Source: an uncultured Candidatus Saccharibacteria bacterium
GTDB taxonomy: Bacteria; Patescibacteriota; Minisyncoccia; Phycocordibacterales; WO2-35-19
Length of the DNA: 58,085 nt
Reading direction: 5' to 3'
NCBI GenBank assembly: GCA_964548205.1
Contig: CAZJPJ010000001.1
Coordinates: 1-58,085 of the forward strand
A model generated the notes under the pieces. That model saw nothing but the letters and a program-made list of their open reading frames with translations. It was not told the origin of the DNA and did no database searches. The translations under genes and the position numbers were made by a program. Each line of letters starts with the position of its first letter. Position 1 is the stretch's first letter. This document shows, piece by piece, positions 27,593 through 36,709 of the stretch.

Positions 27593-28696
27593 TTATATTA
27601 TTGATCTCCTAGATATGTTCATAATGATGCCGACCTCAACAAGGGTTATAAAGAGAGCTGTTCCTCCATGGCTCAGAAATGGTAAGGTTATGCCCGTAAT
27701 CGGCAATATACCAAGCATGCCTGCTATATTGATAAATGCTTGGGACACGATAAGTATAACAATACCGGTAGAGAGCAGTCTACCAAACTGATCTTTTGAG
27801 CCAGCTGCTACTTTTAGGCCGCTAAGTCCAAACAAAAGAAAAGTTCCTATTATTGAAACCGATCCAACAAAACCAAATTCTTCTGAGGCCACAGCAAAAA
27901 CTGCGTCACCCACGGGTTCTGGGAGGTATCTAAATTTTTGGACACTTTGTCCAAATCCCCTACCCCACACTTTTCCAGAACCTACAGCAATCAGAGATTG
28001 GTTCAATTGGTAGCTGCTGGTCTGCACGTTTGCTTGAGGGTTTAGCATGGTCTCTATTCGCTGCTTGATATAAGGTCTAGTAAAGAAAAGTGCCACAAGT
28101 ACTAGTATTCCGCTAAGTAGAATAATGCCTATGTGTTGCCACTTTCCTCCAGCTACGAGATACATAGCAAGAGATGCAAACATCATCACTGCAAATGTGT
28201 CAGTATCTGGTTGTGTAAGCAGTATTGCTCCAGCGATCAGTGATATTACTATAAAGGGTATCAATCCAAATCTAAAACTTTCTACTTTTTGTTTGATAGC
28301 TGAAAGCCAAGCAGAGAAATAAATGATAAAACCAAGCTTTAATATTTCTGAAGGTTGGAAGGTGATGAAGCCAAGGTTGATCCACCTCTTAGCTCCTCCA
28401 TGTTCTAATCCGATACCTGGGACCCACACAAGCAGAGTGAGTACTATCGAAGCTAGGAAAATTATGACAGCATATTTGCGCCAGAAGCTATAGTCTATGC
28501 GTGCTACAACGACGCATGCTATTGATCCCAAAAATAAACCATAAAATAACTGGTTGAAAGCTATACTTGAAAACTGCAACTCGCTCTTAGCCAAGACTCC
28601 TAGTGAAGCAGAACTAAATACAAAAAAACCGCCGACTATTAACAAAACAGTCCACGATAGAAACGATTTGTTTATCCTCCCTACTTTTCTAGCCAC
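27593..28696 (-). CDS. ftsW: SEDS peptidoglycan polymerase FtsW
   Basis: GAKRWI, FQPSE, QPD, GRGFGQS, ITGITLPFLSHGGT; lies in the mraY-ftsW-murG order. Confidence 0.92.
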   Translation of the reverse strand: MARKVGRINKSFLSWTVLLIVGGFFVFSSASLGVLAKSELQFSSIAFNQLFYGLFLGSIACVVVARIDYSFWRKYAVIIFLASIVLTLLVWVPGIGLEHGGAKRWINLGFITFQPSEILKLGFIIYFSAWLSAIKQKVESFRFGLIPFIVISLIAGAILLTQPDTDTFAVMMFASLAMYLVAGGKWQHIGIILLSGILVLVALFFTRPYIKQRIETMLNPQANVQTSSYQLNQSLIAVGSGKVWGRGFGQSVQKFRYLPEPVGDAVFAVASEEFGFVGSVSIIGTFLLFGLSGLKVAAGSKDQFGRLLSTGIVILIVSQAFINIAGMLGILPITGITLPFLSHGGTALFITLVEVGIIMNISRRSII

Positions 28697-28716
28697 GTTG
28701 GTATTTTAGCATAGGT

Positions 28717-29790
28717 CTATCCGATGAGGGCTAAAGTTATACCTAGAAATGCAGATATTAGGCCAAATATCCAGTAACGCATGGTGACCTTGTAAGCGGG
28801 CCAGCCGATAGCTTCGAAGTGGTGGTGTACAGGGGCTACGAGGAATACTTTTTTGCCTCTGAGCTTTTTTGACAAGACTTGTATCAGGTTTGAAATTACT
28901 GTAAGGACCAAAGGCAACGCAATAACTGGCAAGACTAGTAAGCCGTATCCTCCACCTAGTTTGTCTGTCATAAATGCTACAACAGTGAGGGTGATAGTCA
29001 GGCCCATAGTGCCTGTCTCAGACATATAGTAACGAGCTGGAGGTATGTTGAACCATAGGAAAGCTAGAAGTCCGCCTGCTATAGTGGCGCAAAAGGCTGC
29101 CAAGTCTATCTGTTGCTGGTAAAAAGCTATACCGGCGTAGGCTGCAAACATAGTGGTAAATATGCCTCCTGCCAAACCGTCTATACCGTCGATGACGCCC
29201 CCTGCATAAATAGCCCAAGTGATGATCATAAAGATCGGGATAAACAACCAACCTACATACAGCTCTCCCCATACCTGTGGCAAGCCGATACTTGTAACTT
29301 CTAGTTTCTCATAAAACCACCAAGCGCAGGCAAGGGATATTGCGCCGACCGCGAAAAGTCTGTGCTTGATCGATAGGCCACCATTTTTGCCATTACCAGA
29401 TCTTTTTATATCTAATGCGTCATCAATTAGACCTACTAAACCACCAAGTAGCATTGTAAATAAGGGTACCCATGTTTGATTTCTAGATAGGAAATCGAGT
29501 TTCTCTATCACTTCTCCTCCAATTGTTCTAGATAATATCCAGATGATTATTATTGTTACGCTTGCAGATACCCATATCACTACTCCCCCCATGCTTGGGG
29601 TCCCTATATCTCTATCTTTGTGCAATTGGTTGCGTATGGTTGCTTCTCCCCCACCCAAAGCTTCCTTCCCAGCACGTTTTTTCCACATTTTATGTTTGTA
29701 GAGGTAGTTGGTGAGTGGAGGAGTCATCATAACGCCGAGAATAAAAGCGCAAATAGCAGGGAAAAAGACTTTGACTATATCTATTATCAT
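28717..29790 (-). CDS. mraY: Phospho-MurNAc-pentapeptide transferase
   Basis: TPSMGG, GLIDD, DGIDGL, FLWFNIPPA, APVHHHFEAIGW. Confidence 0.95.
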   Translation of the reverse strand: MIIDIVKVFFPAICAFILGVMMTPPLTNYLYKHKMWKKRAGKEALGGGEATIRNQLHKDRDIGTPSMGGVVIWVSASVTIIIIWILSRTIGGEVIEKLDFLSRNQTWVPLFTMLLGGLVGLIDDALDIKRSGNGKNGGLSIKHRLFAVGAISLACAWWFYEKLEVTSIGLPQVWGELYVGWLFIPIFMIITWAIYAGGVIDGIDGLAGGIFTTMFAAYAGIAFYQQQIDLAAFCATIAGGLLAFLWFNIPPARYYMSETGTMGLTITLTVVAFMTDKLGGGYGLLVLPVIALPLVLTVISNLIQVLSKKLRGKKVFLVAPVHHHFEAIGWPAYKVTMRYWIFGLISAFLGITLALIG

Positions 29791-30734
29791 TACTCTATTG
29801 TATTTTCTTTGTTTATAAATTTCATAGTCGAATCTATCAAAGCCAAAGTATCAGTGAAGCGATCTTCTTGGGTAGACCCTAGAACTACAACGATAATTGG
29901 CCTGTCTATGCCTGCGTCGTATGCTACTGCAAGGTTGCCTCCTGCAAGGTCTGTATACCCCGTCTTAGAAGCCAATATCCACGGTATCTGGTTTATAAAA
30001 GTGTTTGTATTTGTAGCTTCGTAGTTTTGTTCTGTGCTCCTTACAGAGATGCTGGGGTATCTTGTTGCCTCAAGTATTTCCGGGCGATTTTTTAGTATGT
30101 ATTCGAAAAGTGTCGCCACATCTCTGGCTGAGCCATAAGCTCCCCCTCTGTCGATAGTACGATCTAGTCCGTGTTCGTTGAAAAATTTGCTGTTTGTCAT
30201 GCCTACTTCTTCTGCCACTCTGTTCATTTCTTTTACAAAATTGGTGCTATTGTCTACTGTGCTTGCTTGGGCTACAGACGCTAAAGCATGAGCCCCATCG
30301 TTTGATGATGTTACCAAAGTGAAATCTGCAAGATTTTCAAACACCCAAGTATCTCCGCTGTTCAGACCCGAATCTCCTTCTGGTGACATGTAGTCTTCTA
30401 TTATTTTTATTGTCGAGTGTTTTGGTAATATCTCGTATGCGGTAAGTGCAGTCATCACTTTTGTAAGAGAAGCTAGAGGTTTGGGAGTATCTGGGTTTTT
30501 CTCGCTGATGACTTTCTTAGATACAACGTCATATACTATATAACTCTCGGCCTTTATATTTAGACTGGAAAAAAGGTCTTCTGTTTCTTTTGTTTTAGAT
30601 TCGGTTTCTTTGGGAATACTTGTGACTATGATGCCAAAGGTGGTTATCGAGAGAATGGATAAAAAAAGTAAACTCCACAAAAAATAGCGAGCTCTTTTTT
30701 TAAGGTTTATTTTTTTTTCAAAATCGTTATCCAC
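29790..30734 (-). CDS. D-alanyl-D-alanine carboxypeptidase (S11)
   Basis: SxxK (ASLTK), SxN (SSND), HGL and KTG motifs; N-terminal TM anchor. Confidence 0.9.
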   Translation of the reverse strand: MDNDFEKKINLKKRARYFLWSLLFLSILSITTFGIIVTSIPKETESKTKETEDLFSSLNIKAESYIVYDVVSKKVISEKNPDTPKPLASLTKVMTALTAYEILPKHSTIKIIEDYMSPEGDSGLNSGDTWVFENLADFTLVTSSNDGAHALASVAQASTVDNSTNFVKEMNRVAEEVGMTNSKFFNEHGLDRTIDRGGAYGSARDVATLFEYILKNRPEILEATRYPSISVRSTEQNYEATNTNTFINQIPWILASKTGYTDLAGGNLAVAYDAGIDRPIIVVVLGSTQEDRFTDTLALIDSTMKFINKENTIE

Positions 30735-30738
30735 TCTA

Positions 30739-31281
30739 TTATATTTCTTGTTTGTTCTCTCGTTCCTCGATGGTCTTTTTTATCTTGCGTTCGAACTCTT
30801 CTTTGTTTGGTAGTTCTGATAGACTGCTAATCCCTAAGAATCTCAATAATTCTATGCTTGGTTTGTAAAAGAAACTCCTGCCTTCTTTTGCTGATTCACG
30901 ATCGATCAGCCCTCTGACTAGGAGGTGTCTTAGCATAAAACCAGAATCGACTCCTCTCACATAATCTATATCTCTTTTGGAGATTCTACCATTATAAGCG
31001 ATTATTGTGAGTGTCTCTACACCAGCTTTGCCCAAGTCTTTGTCCAATTCTTCTTTGGCTATTTGTTCTATTAGATCTTTTGATTCCAGAGACGTGTTTA
31101 AGGAAACTTCCTCACCAGTGTTTACGAGTGTTATGGAGTGATCTTTCAGTAAATTGTTAAGATCATGCAAAGCCTTCTCGATATCCTCAGGGCTACTAGC
31201 AAGGGTTTTTGCTAAGTACTTTATTTGTGTCGGTTCGTTTCTGTAGAACAGAATAGCTTCAATTTTTTGGGCTAATGTCAT
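30739..31281 (-). CDS. scpB: SMC-Scp complex subunit ScpB
   Basis: IEAILF, ETLTIIAY, IDYVRGVDS. Confidence 0.93.
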   Translation of the reverse strand: MTLAQKIEAILFYRNEPTQIKYLAKTLASSPEDIEKALHDLNNLLKDHSITLVNTGEEVSLNTSLESKDLIEQIAKEELDKDLGKAGVETLTIIAYNGRISKRDIDYVRGVDSGFMLRHLLVRGLIDRESAKEGRSFFYKPSIELLRFLGISSLSELPNKEEFERKIKKTIEERENKQEI

Positions 31282-31298
31282 GTTTGTATAAATTAGGA

Positions 31299-32024
31299 CT
31301 AGTATCTTGGAGTGCCAACTTGTTCTTTCTCTATCTCTATGTCGTCAAATTGCAATTCTTGACTGACTCTAATCATACCCTTTTTTACCAGCTCAAGCAT
31401 GGCTAGGAAGCTGACTATGACGTCCACTTTTTGGGCTTTGCCGATATTTGAGAATTCTTTGAAGCTTGTACGGATACTGCTACTTATTCTCTGGCTTAGT
31501 TTGTCTATCATCTCTTCGAGACTTATGACCGTCTTCACTATAGCTTTTGGGACATCACTTGTTTTTGGAAGTCCTTCAAGCACTCTCTCCATGGCCAATC
31601 TTAGACTGTGTGGATTGATTTCTCTTGTTGGACTAAATACTCGAATACGGTCCTTCCTTTCTATAGGAGCATAAAGTATCCTGCCGAACATTTTTGAGAT
31701 ATCCGCAGAAAGTGTTTTATACACTTGGTATTGCCGGAGACGTTCTTCTAGTTCCTCTATACTTTGCTCTTCTTCGCTTGAGAGCTCCAATGTCGGAAGT
31801 AGAGATTTAGATTTTATAAGCAAAAGAGTCGAGGCTATGACGATAAAATCTGCACTGTCGTTTAAAGGAAAGTCATCATGAGAATTGATATGGTTTATAA
31901 AATCATCTGCTACTTCAGAGAGGGATACGCTGCTGATATGTAGCTTCCTTTTTTCGATAAGGTCTAGGAGTATTTCGAGCGGTCCTTCGAAATCTTCTAT
32001 TCTTACTTTGAATTCGGTTTCCAT
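31299..32024 (-). CDS. scpA: Segregation/condensation protein ScpA
   Basis: FEGPLEILLDLI, LLLIKSKSLLP, FLAMLEL. Confidence 0.93.
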   Translation of the reverse strand: METEFKVRIEDFEGPLEILLDLIEKRKLHISSVSLSEVADDFINHINSHDDFPLNDSADFIVIASTLLLIKSKSLLPTLELSSEEEQSIEELEERLRQYQVYKTLSADISKMFGRILYAPIERKDRIRVFSPTREINPHSLRLAMERVLEGLPKTSDVPKAIVKTVISLEEMIDKLSQRISSSIRTSFKEFSNIGKAQKVDVIVSFLAMLELVKKGMIRVSQELQFDDIEIEKEQVGTPRY

Positions 32025-32075
32025 TTTTTCAGATTTTACAAAACTATTCTGGCTTTCTTGAGAATATTAGAATGC

Positions 32076-33467
32076 TTATTTTTCTTTCTCTATTTTTATA
32101 CCTAACTCTTTGAGTTGCTTCTCGCTGAGTTCTTTCGGAGCGTTCATGACTGCAGTTTTGCCACCTCGAGTCATTGGAAATGCCTGAACTTCTCGAAGGT
32201 AAGTTTCTCCTGAAAGATTCATGATATTGCGTTCTACTCCAAGCGCAATACCACCATGAGGGGGGACTCCGTATTTGAAAGCTTCGAGCATGTGGCCTAC
32301 GCTCGATTCTATTTCTGCCATTGTATAGCCCATGACTTTGTAAGTAGCTTCTAGGATCTCTCTTTGGTGTGCTCTTATAGAACCACCTCCAGACTCATAT
32401 CCATTGCAAACCAGATCATACTGTGTGGTAAGAATATTCTCGATATTTTCGCCCTTCAACAGCCAATCTACATGCTCGGGGATAGGCATAGAAAACGGGT
32501 TGTGCGTAAAGGTCCAACCTCCTTCGTCGGTCTTTTCGAAAAATGGGAAATTGACCACCCAAGCGTAGGCCAAAATACCAGCTTGCTTTTCTTCTTCAGT
32601 CCGTAGATCAAACTTATCTGCCCCGTATTTTTCAAGAGCGTCTTTGTAGCTTATTCTTGGGAATGGCTTTTCTTTTATCTTGAAACCAAGAGATTCGACT
32701 ACAGTGGTGACCATCTCTTCTACTGTATTCATGACGTCTTCCATTCTGACGAAAGACATCTCTAAGTCTATTTGGGTGTGTTCAAAACCTCTATCTGCCC
32801 TCAGGTCTTCATCTCTTACAGCTCTTGCTATCTGAAAATATTTTTCAAAGCCAGCTACCATCAGAAGTTGTTTGTATTGCTGTGGAGATTGTGGCAGAGC
32901 ATAAAATTTGCCTTTGTGAATTCTCGATGGTACGACGAAATCTCTTGACCCTTCAGGGGTTGATTCGGTAAGGAGCGGGGTCTCTATTTCGTTAAAATTT
33001 TTGGAAAAAAGATATTCTCTGACTCGTTTTACAAACTCGCTTCGGAGCTTTACGTTTCTTTGCATCCTCTCGCTCCTTAGATCGAGGTAGCGATACTTTA
33101 GCCTGACTTCCTCGTCCACTTTGCTGGTATCCTCTGTGATATCAAATGGCAGAGTCTCGGCTTTGTTTAGGACTTCTATCTTCTTTATTTCTACTTCTAT
33201 GTCACCGTTTTGTTTGTCTTTGATTATGTTTTTTTCTGGCCGAGCATTTACTTTGCCTTCGATAGCCACAACCCACTCGGTGCGCACTTCTTTGGCCGTC
33301 TCAATAGCTTCTGAAGCTGGTAGGACGATGCATTGGACTAGGCCAGACATGTCGCGGATGTCCATAAAGACCATTTTGCCTTGGTCGCGCCTTACATTTA
33401 CCCAACCCTTGATCAGTACCTCCTCTCCTTTTCTAGAGCCCAAATCTTTGATATATGTTCTTTGCAT
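32076..33467 (-). CDS. aspS: Aspartate--tRNA ligase, compact bacterial type
   Basis: OB-fold start MQRTYI, RLKYRYLDLR, EGSRDF, LPQSPQ, RDEDLRADR, PPHGGIALG; ATG 33467 preferred to the track's 33572. Confidence 0.93.
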   Translation of the reverse strand: MQRTYIKDLGSRKGEEVLIKGWVNVRRDQGKMVFMDIRDMSGLVQCIVLPASEAIETAKEVRTEWVVAIEGKVNARPEKNIIKDKQNGDIEVEIKKIEVLNKAETLPFDITEDTSKVDEEVRLKYRYLDLRSERMQRNVKLRSEFVKRVREYLFSKNFNEIETPLLTESTPEGSRDFVVPSRIHKGKFYALPQSPQQYKQLLMVAGFEKYFQIARAVRDEDLRADRGFEHTQIDLEMSFVRMEDVMNTVEEMVTTVVESLGFKIKEKPFPRISYKDALEKYGADKFDLRTEEEKQAGILAYAWVVNFPFFEKTDEGGWTFTHNPFSMPIPEHVDWLLKGENIENILTTQYDLVCNGYESGGGSIRAHQREILEATYKVMGYTMAEIESSVGHMLEAFKYGVPPHGGIALGVERNIMNLSGETYLREVQAFPMTRGGKTAVMNAPKELSEKQLKELGIKIEKEK

Positions 33468-33503
33468 GGGGCAAATAATACCATATATATAAGTATTTTG
33501 GTA

Positions 33504-33533
33504 TTGCTCAATAACAAAATAAGTTTGTATAAT
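33504..33533 (+). promoter_or_regulatory. Putative promoter divergent from aspS
   Basis: TTGCTC-18 nt-TATAAT; GGAGG at 33541-33545. Confidence 0.5.
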
Positions 33534-33549
33534 TGGGGCGGGAGGCAGT

Positions 33550-33636
33550 ATGGAGCTGTTAGGATGCGTCATAGTGTTTTTTCTCCTCAGTCTTGCAAAA
33601 GACTGGGGAAAGTTTGATCGGGCGCGAAAAAAATAA
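33550..33636 (+). CDS. 28-aa hydrophobic peptide MELLGCVIVFFLLSLAKDWGKFDRARKK
   Basis: GGAGG 4 nt before ATG; TM-like core and basic tail; below the ORF-track cutoff. Confidence 0.5.
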   Translation: MELLGCVIVFFLLSLAKDWGKFDRARKK

Positions 33637-33719
33637 AGCCCGACAAAAACAACGTTTCACCGGAGATTGGGCGGCCAAGCATTTGCTCTGGCCGCCTTGT
33701 GCTTTATCTGCTGTACAGA

Positions 33720-33848
33720 ATGCTTTTTTTAGTTTATCTTTTGTCCAGAATGCCATCACTCATTGACATCCTGCTTGATGGAGGTACGATACTACTAGTT
33801 GTTTTTATTGCCTTTCTTTTCAAGCGTCATGATTTCAGTCCGGACTAG
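33720..33848 (+). CDS. 42-aa hydrophobic peptide MLFLVYLLSRMPSLIDILLDGGTILLVVFIAFLFKRHDFSPD
   Basis: Translated by hand; in-frame GTG at 33699 is an alternative start; followed by a terminator. Confidence 0.4.
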   Translation: MLFLVYLLSRMPSLIDILLDGGTILLVVFIAFLFKRHDFSPD

Positions 33849-33875
33849 TCTAGTTTCTGGTCCGGATAACCACAC

Positions 33876-33907
33876 CCGAGGTGAGCTCTACGCTTGCCTC
33901 GGTTTTT
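33876..33907 (+). terminator. Intrinsic terminator
   Basis: CCGAGGTGAGC-tctac-GCTTGCCTCGG (11 bp including 2 G-U) followed by TTTTT. Confidence 0.7.
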
Positions 33908-33926
33908 CCATTTTATAATGCAAATA

Positions 33927-35708
33927 TTAATCTGGTAAAAATCCGCCGGCTTGGAGCTCCCACAATTTTTTATACAAACTTTCTTCTTTTGTTAGAAGCT
34001 CATCATGGCTTCCTTGTTCTATTATCTTGCCGTTGTCTACTACTACCACTCTATCCATCTTTCTGATGGTGGAGAGTCTGTGGGCGATGACGATAACCGT
34101 CTTGCCCTGCATCAACTTATCGAGCGCATCCTGTATAAGTGACTCCGAATGTGAATCAAGGCTTGAAGTAGCTTCATCGAGTACAAGTATGGGGGCGTCT
34201 TTGAGAATTGCTCTGGCTATGGCTACTCTTTGACGTTCTCCACCCGAAAGTTTTACCCCCCTTTCTCCGACAAATGTCTCATATTTTAGTGGTAAGGATT
34301 CGATAAATTCATCGCAGTGCGCTAGGTGGGCCGCTTCCTTCACTTCCTTCTCTGCGGCTTTTTCTTTGCCGTACCTGATGTTTTCCATAAGTGTGCGGTG
34401 GAAGAGTATTGGGTCTTGGGGTACGAGACTGACATTGCTTCTCAGACTATCTTGGGTGACTCGTTTGATATCTTGACCATCGATCTCTATCTTTCCACTA
34501 TCAAGATCGTACATGCGAGTAAGGAGCTTCACAATGGTCGATTTGCCCGCGCCAGACGGTCCTATGAGGGCCACCTTCTCCCCAGCTTTGATACTGAGAC
34601 TTATGCCATCTAGGACTGTGCGAGTAGAGTTGAAGGCAAAAGAAATGTTTCTAAATTCTATGTTTCCTTCTTTGACTTTGAGTTTCTTAGCACCGGGCAA
34701 GTCTTTGACTTCGTATGGTGTCTCTAGTATTTCTACCATCTCCTTCGAGTCTGCGAAGCTTTGATAAGTATCACGGATGATCCGGCCAAAATCCCACATT
34801 CGTTGGGCCAGACTTATTACATAAACTTGGAGTAATACAAATGTACCTACTGTTATTGCGTCAGTTTGCCAGTACTGTATGGCGTAGTAAAAAATAAAGA
34901 ATTCGACAATAAAAATCAGAGCCACCTGTACACCATCTTTAAATATACCTATATCCCAACTTTTCTTTTGCGCAGACGCCTGTTCTACAGTCGCTCTATT
35001 GAATATGAACTGTTCTCTACTGTGTCCAACAAAACTGGCAATTGTATTCTGATTAGTCAGAGCATCTGCCAGAACTGCTGTAGTATTTGAATCGGCTTTT
35101 GCTGCAGCTATATCAAACTTTAGTTTATAAATTGAGAATAGGTAATTGTACACAAGCATTACAAATGCCCAGGCAAGAATGCCGTATGCGATTTTAGGAT
35201 TGTGAAAATAGACCACGATGACTGCGCCGAAGACCTGAATGACCAAAGGGATAAAATTATAAAGTATGCGGTCGTTAAGTACCTCAAGTGCACGTGCGAA
35301 ACGACCCACTCTTTGAACTAGGGCTCCGGTGAAATTGTTGGTAAAGAATGTGTATGAATGGCGCAAAGTATAATCAAAAGAAAATTGTCTAACTTGAGCC
35401 ATTGTTTTGGCAACAAAATTGTTGTTTACATAAAATCCTGTTTGTCTAAAAAACCATATGAAGGCATGAATTACTAAAATCGAGGTAATGATATCTATCA
35501 ATTGAGGGGTTAGCGCTGATTTACTCCCTGCAGTCTCAAACAAATCGAAGAATTTTTTGTAGAAAATGGGAACTATGACATCTAAAATTGCTGGGAAAGT
35601 AAAAGCGAAAACGCAATAAAAAAACTGCCAGTGTCTAGGCCTTGCAATGCGCCAGAAATATTTAAGAACGGTTTTGACACCGATATTTTGACTTGTTTTT
35701 TCCTCCAT
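33927..35708 (-). CDS. ABC exporter, fused permease/ATP-binding (type IV)
   Basis: TM domain plus GPSGAGKS, LSGGERQRVAIARA, LDEATSSLD, IAHRLST. Confidence 0.93.
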   Translation of the reverse strand: MEEKTSQNIGVKTVLKYFWRIARPRHWQFFYCVFAFTFPAILDVIVPIFYKKFFDLFETAGSKSALTPQLIDIITSILVIHAFIWFFRQTGFYVNNNFVAKTMAQVRQFSFDYTLRHSYTFFTNNFTGALVQRVGRFARALEVLNDRILYNFIPLVIQVFGAVIVVYFHNPKIAYGILAWAFVMLVYNYLFSIYKLKFDIAAAKADSNTTAVLADALTNQNTIASFVGHSREQFIFNRATVEQASAQKKSWDIGIFKDGVQVALIFIVEFFIFYYAIQYWQTDAITVGTFVLLQVYVISLAQRMWDFGRIIRDTYQSFADSKEMVEILETPYEVKDLPGAKKLKVKEGNIEFRNISFAFNSTRTVLDGISLSIKAGEKVALIGPSGAGKSTIVKLLTRMYDLDSGKIEIDGQDIKRVTQDSLRSNVSLVPQDPILFHRTLMENIRYGKEKAAEKEVKEAAHLAHCDEFIESLPLKYETFVGERGVKLSGGERQRVAIARAILKDAPILVLDEATSSLDSHSESLIQDALDKLMQGKTVIVIAHRLSTIRKMDRVVVVDNGKIIEQGSHDELLTKEESLYKKLWELQAGGFLPD

Positions 35709-35709
35709 A

Positions 35710-36681
35710 TTATAAAACTCCTATTGCTCGCTTCACTGCTTTTAGCTTGGCGCTGGCTACTTCTTTTGCACGAGCGCGACCGCTTTCTAGTATTTTGGGC
35801 ACATCTGTATTGTTCGCTACCTCTTCTCTCCTTTTTCTCATTGGACCAATAAAATTTTTGAGATCTTCGATCAGTACCTCTTTCAATACTTTGTACTTGC
35901 CTTTGTTTTCTCGATAAACTTCTTCTAGTTTATCGATGGTGAGCGAAGTCGAACCATTTTGGCCTACAAGGAGTTTATGAATATTGTATACATTTTCGGG
36001 TGTGTCGCTACCCGAGTCAGTGACGATGCTCATGACGAACTTCTCTATCTCTTCATTGCTTGCGAAAAGTGACAGATAGTTGCCGTAGCTCTTGCTCATC
36101 TTCCTACCGTCGTTGCCCGGCACTGTCTCCACATTTTTCATAATGTATTCTTGAGGGAGTTTGAAGGTATCTCCAAAGATTCGATTAAATTTTTCTGCAG
36201 TGTCGCGAGCGAACTCTATGTGCTGTTTTTGGTCTTGCCCGACTGGTACTATGTCTGGTTCGTAGAGCAATATATCTGCGGCCATGAGCATGGGGTAATT
36301 GAAGGTGCCCATGCTTACATCTTCTTCCTTTCCTTTCTCTACTGCATCTTTGTATGCATGAGCGCGTTTGAGATAAGGGACTGTCATAATAGTGTCGAAG
36401 ATCCAGCACAGCTCTGTGTGCTCGCTTACGTCTGATTGTTTGAAGAGAACATTTTTCTCTGTATCAAATCCTAGGGCGAGATAGTCGAGAGCGAGGTCCA
36501 GAGTATTTTGTCTCATCTCATCCCTGTTCTGAATATGATTGAGGGCGTGATAATCTGCGAGCATGGCAAAGGTCTCATAATCTTTCTGAAGGTCGATCAT
36601 CTGCTTCATAAAACCAAAATAGTTGCCTATGTGCGGCCTGCCTGTGGGCTTGATACCAGCTAGAATTCTTTTCATTGCCAC
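35710..36681 (-). CDS. trpS: Tryptophan--tRNA ligase
   Basis: GIKPTGRPHIGNY, YPMLMAADIL, VPVGQDQKQH, KMSKSYGN. Confidence 0.97.
   Translation of the reverse strand: MAMKRILAGIKPTGRPHIGNYFGFMKQMIDLQKDYETFAMLADYHALNHIQNRDEMRQNTLDLALDYLALGFDTEKNVLFKQSDVSEHTELCWIFDTIMTVPYLKRAHAYKDAVEKGKEEDVSMGTFNYPMLMAADILLYEPDIVPVGQDQKQHIEFARDTAEKFNRIFGDTFKLPQEYIMKNVETVPGNDGRKMSKSYGNYLSLFASNEEIEKFVMSIVTDSGSDTPENVYNIHKLLVGQNGSTSLTIDKLEEVYRENKGKYKVLKEVLIEDLKNFIGPMRKRREEVANNTDVPKILESGRARAKEVASAKLKAVKRAIGVL
35936..35957. repeat. Small palindromic GAGCGAAGTCGAA element inside trpS
   Basis: ATGGT-GAGCGAAGTCGA-ACCAT; encodes NGSTSLTI on the minus strand. Confidence 0.6.
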
Positions 36682-36709
36682 ATTTTAGCAGGGTTTCCCC
36701 CGTTTGTCT

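Noticed and set aside
33468-33572. N-terminal extension of AspRS in the ORF track
   Set aside because: Covers the divergent promoter region; the conserved domain starts at MQRTYI
33504-33926. tmRNA or RNase P RNA, given the size and many hairpins
   Set aside because: No tRNA-like acceptor ends or TTCRA loop and no GAGGAAAGTCC RNase P motif on either strand; small ORFs explain it better
7324-36681. Five aminoacyl-tRNA synthetase genes in 30 kb as a dedicated system or T-box regulon
   Set aside because: Different strands and operons, no T-box motif seen; expected density in a small genome
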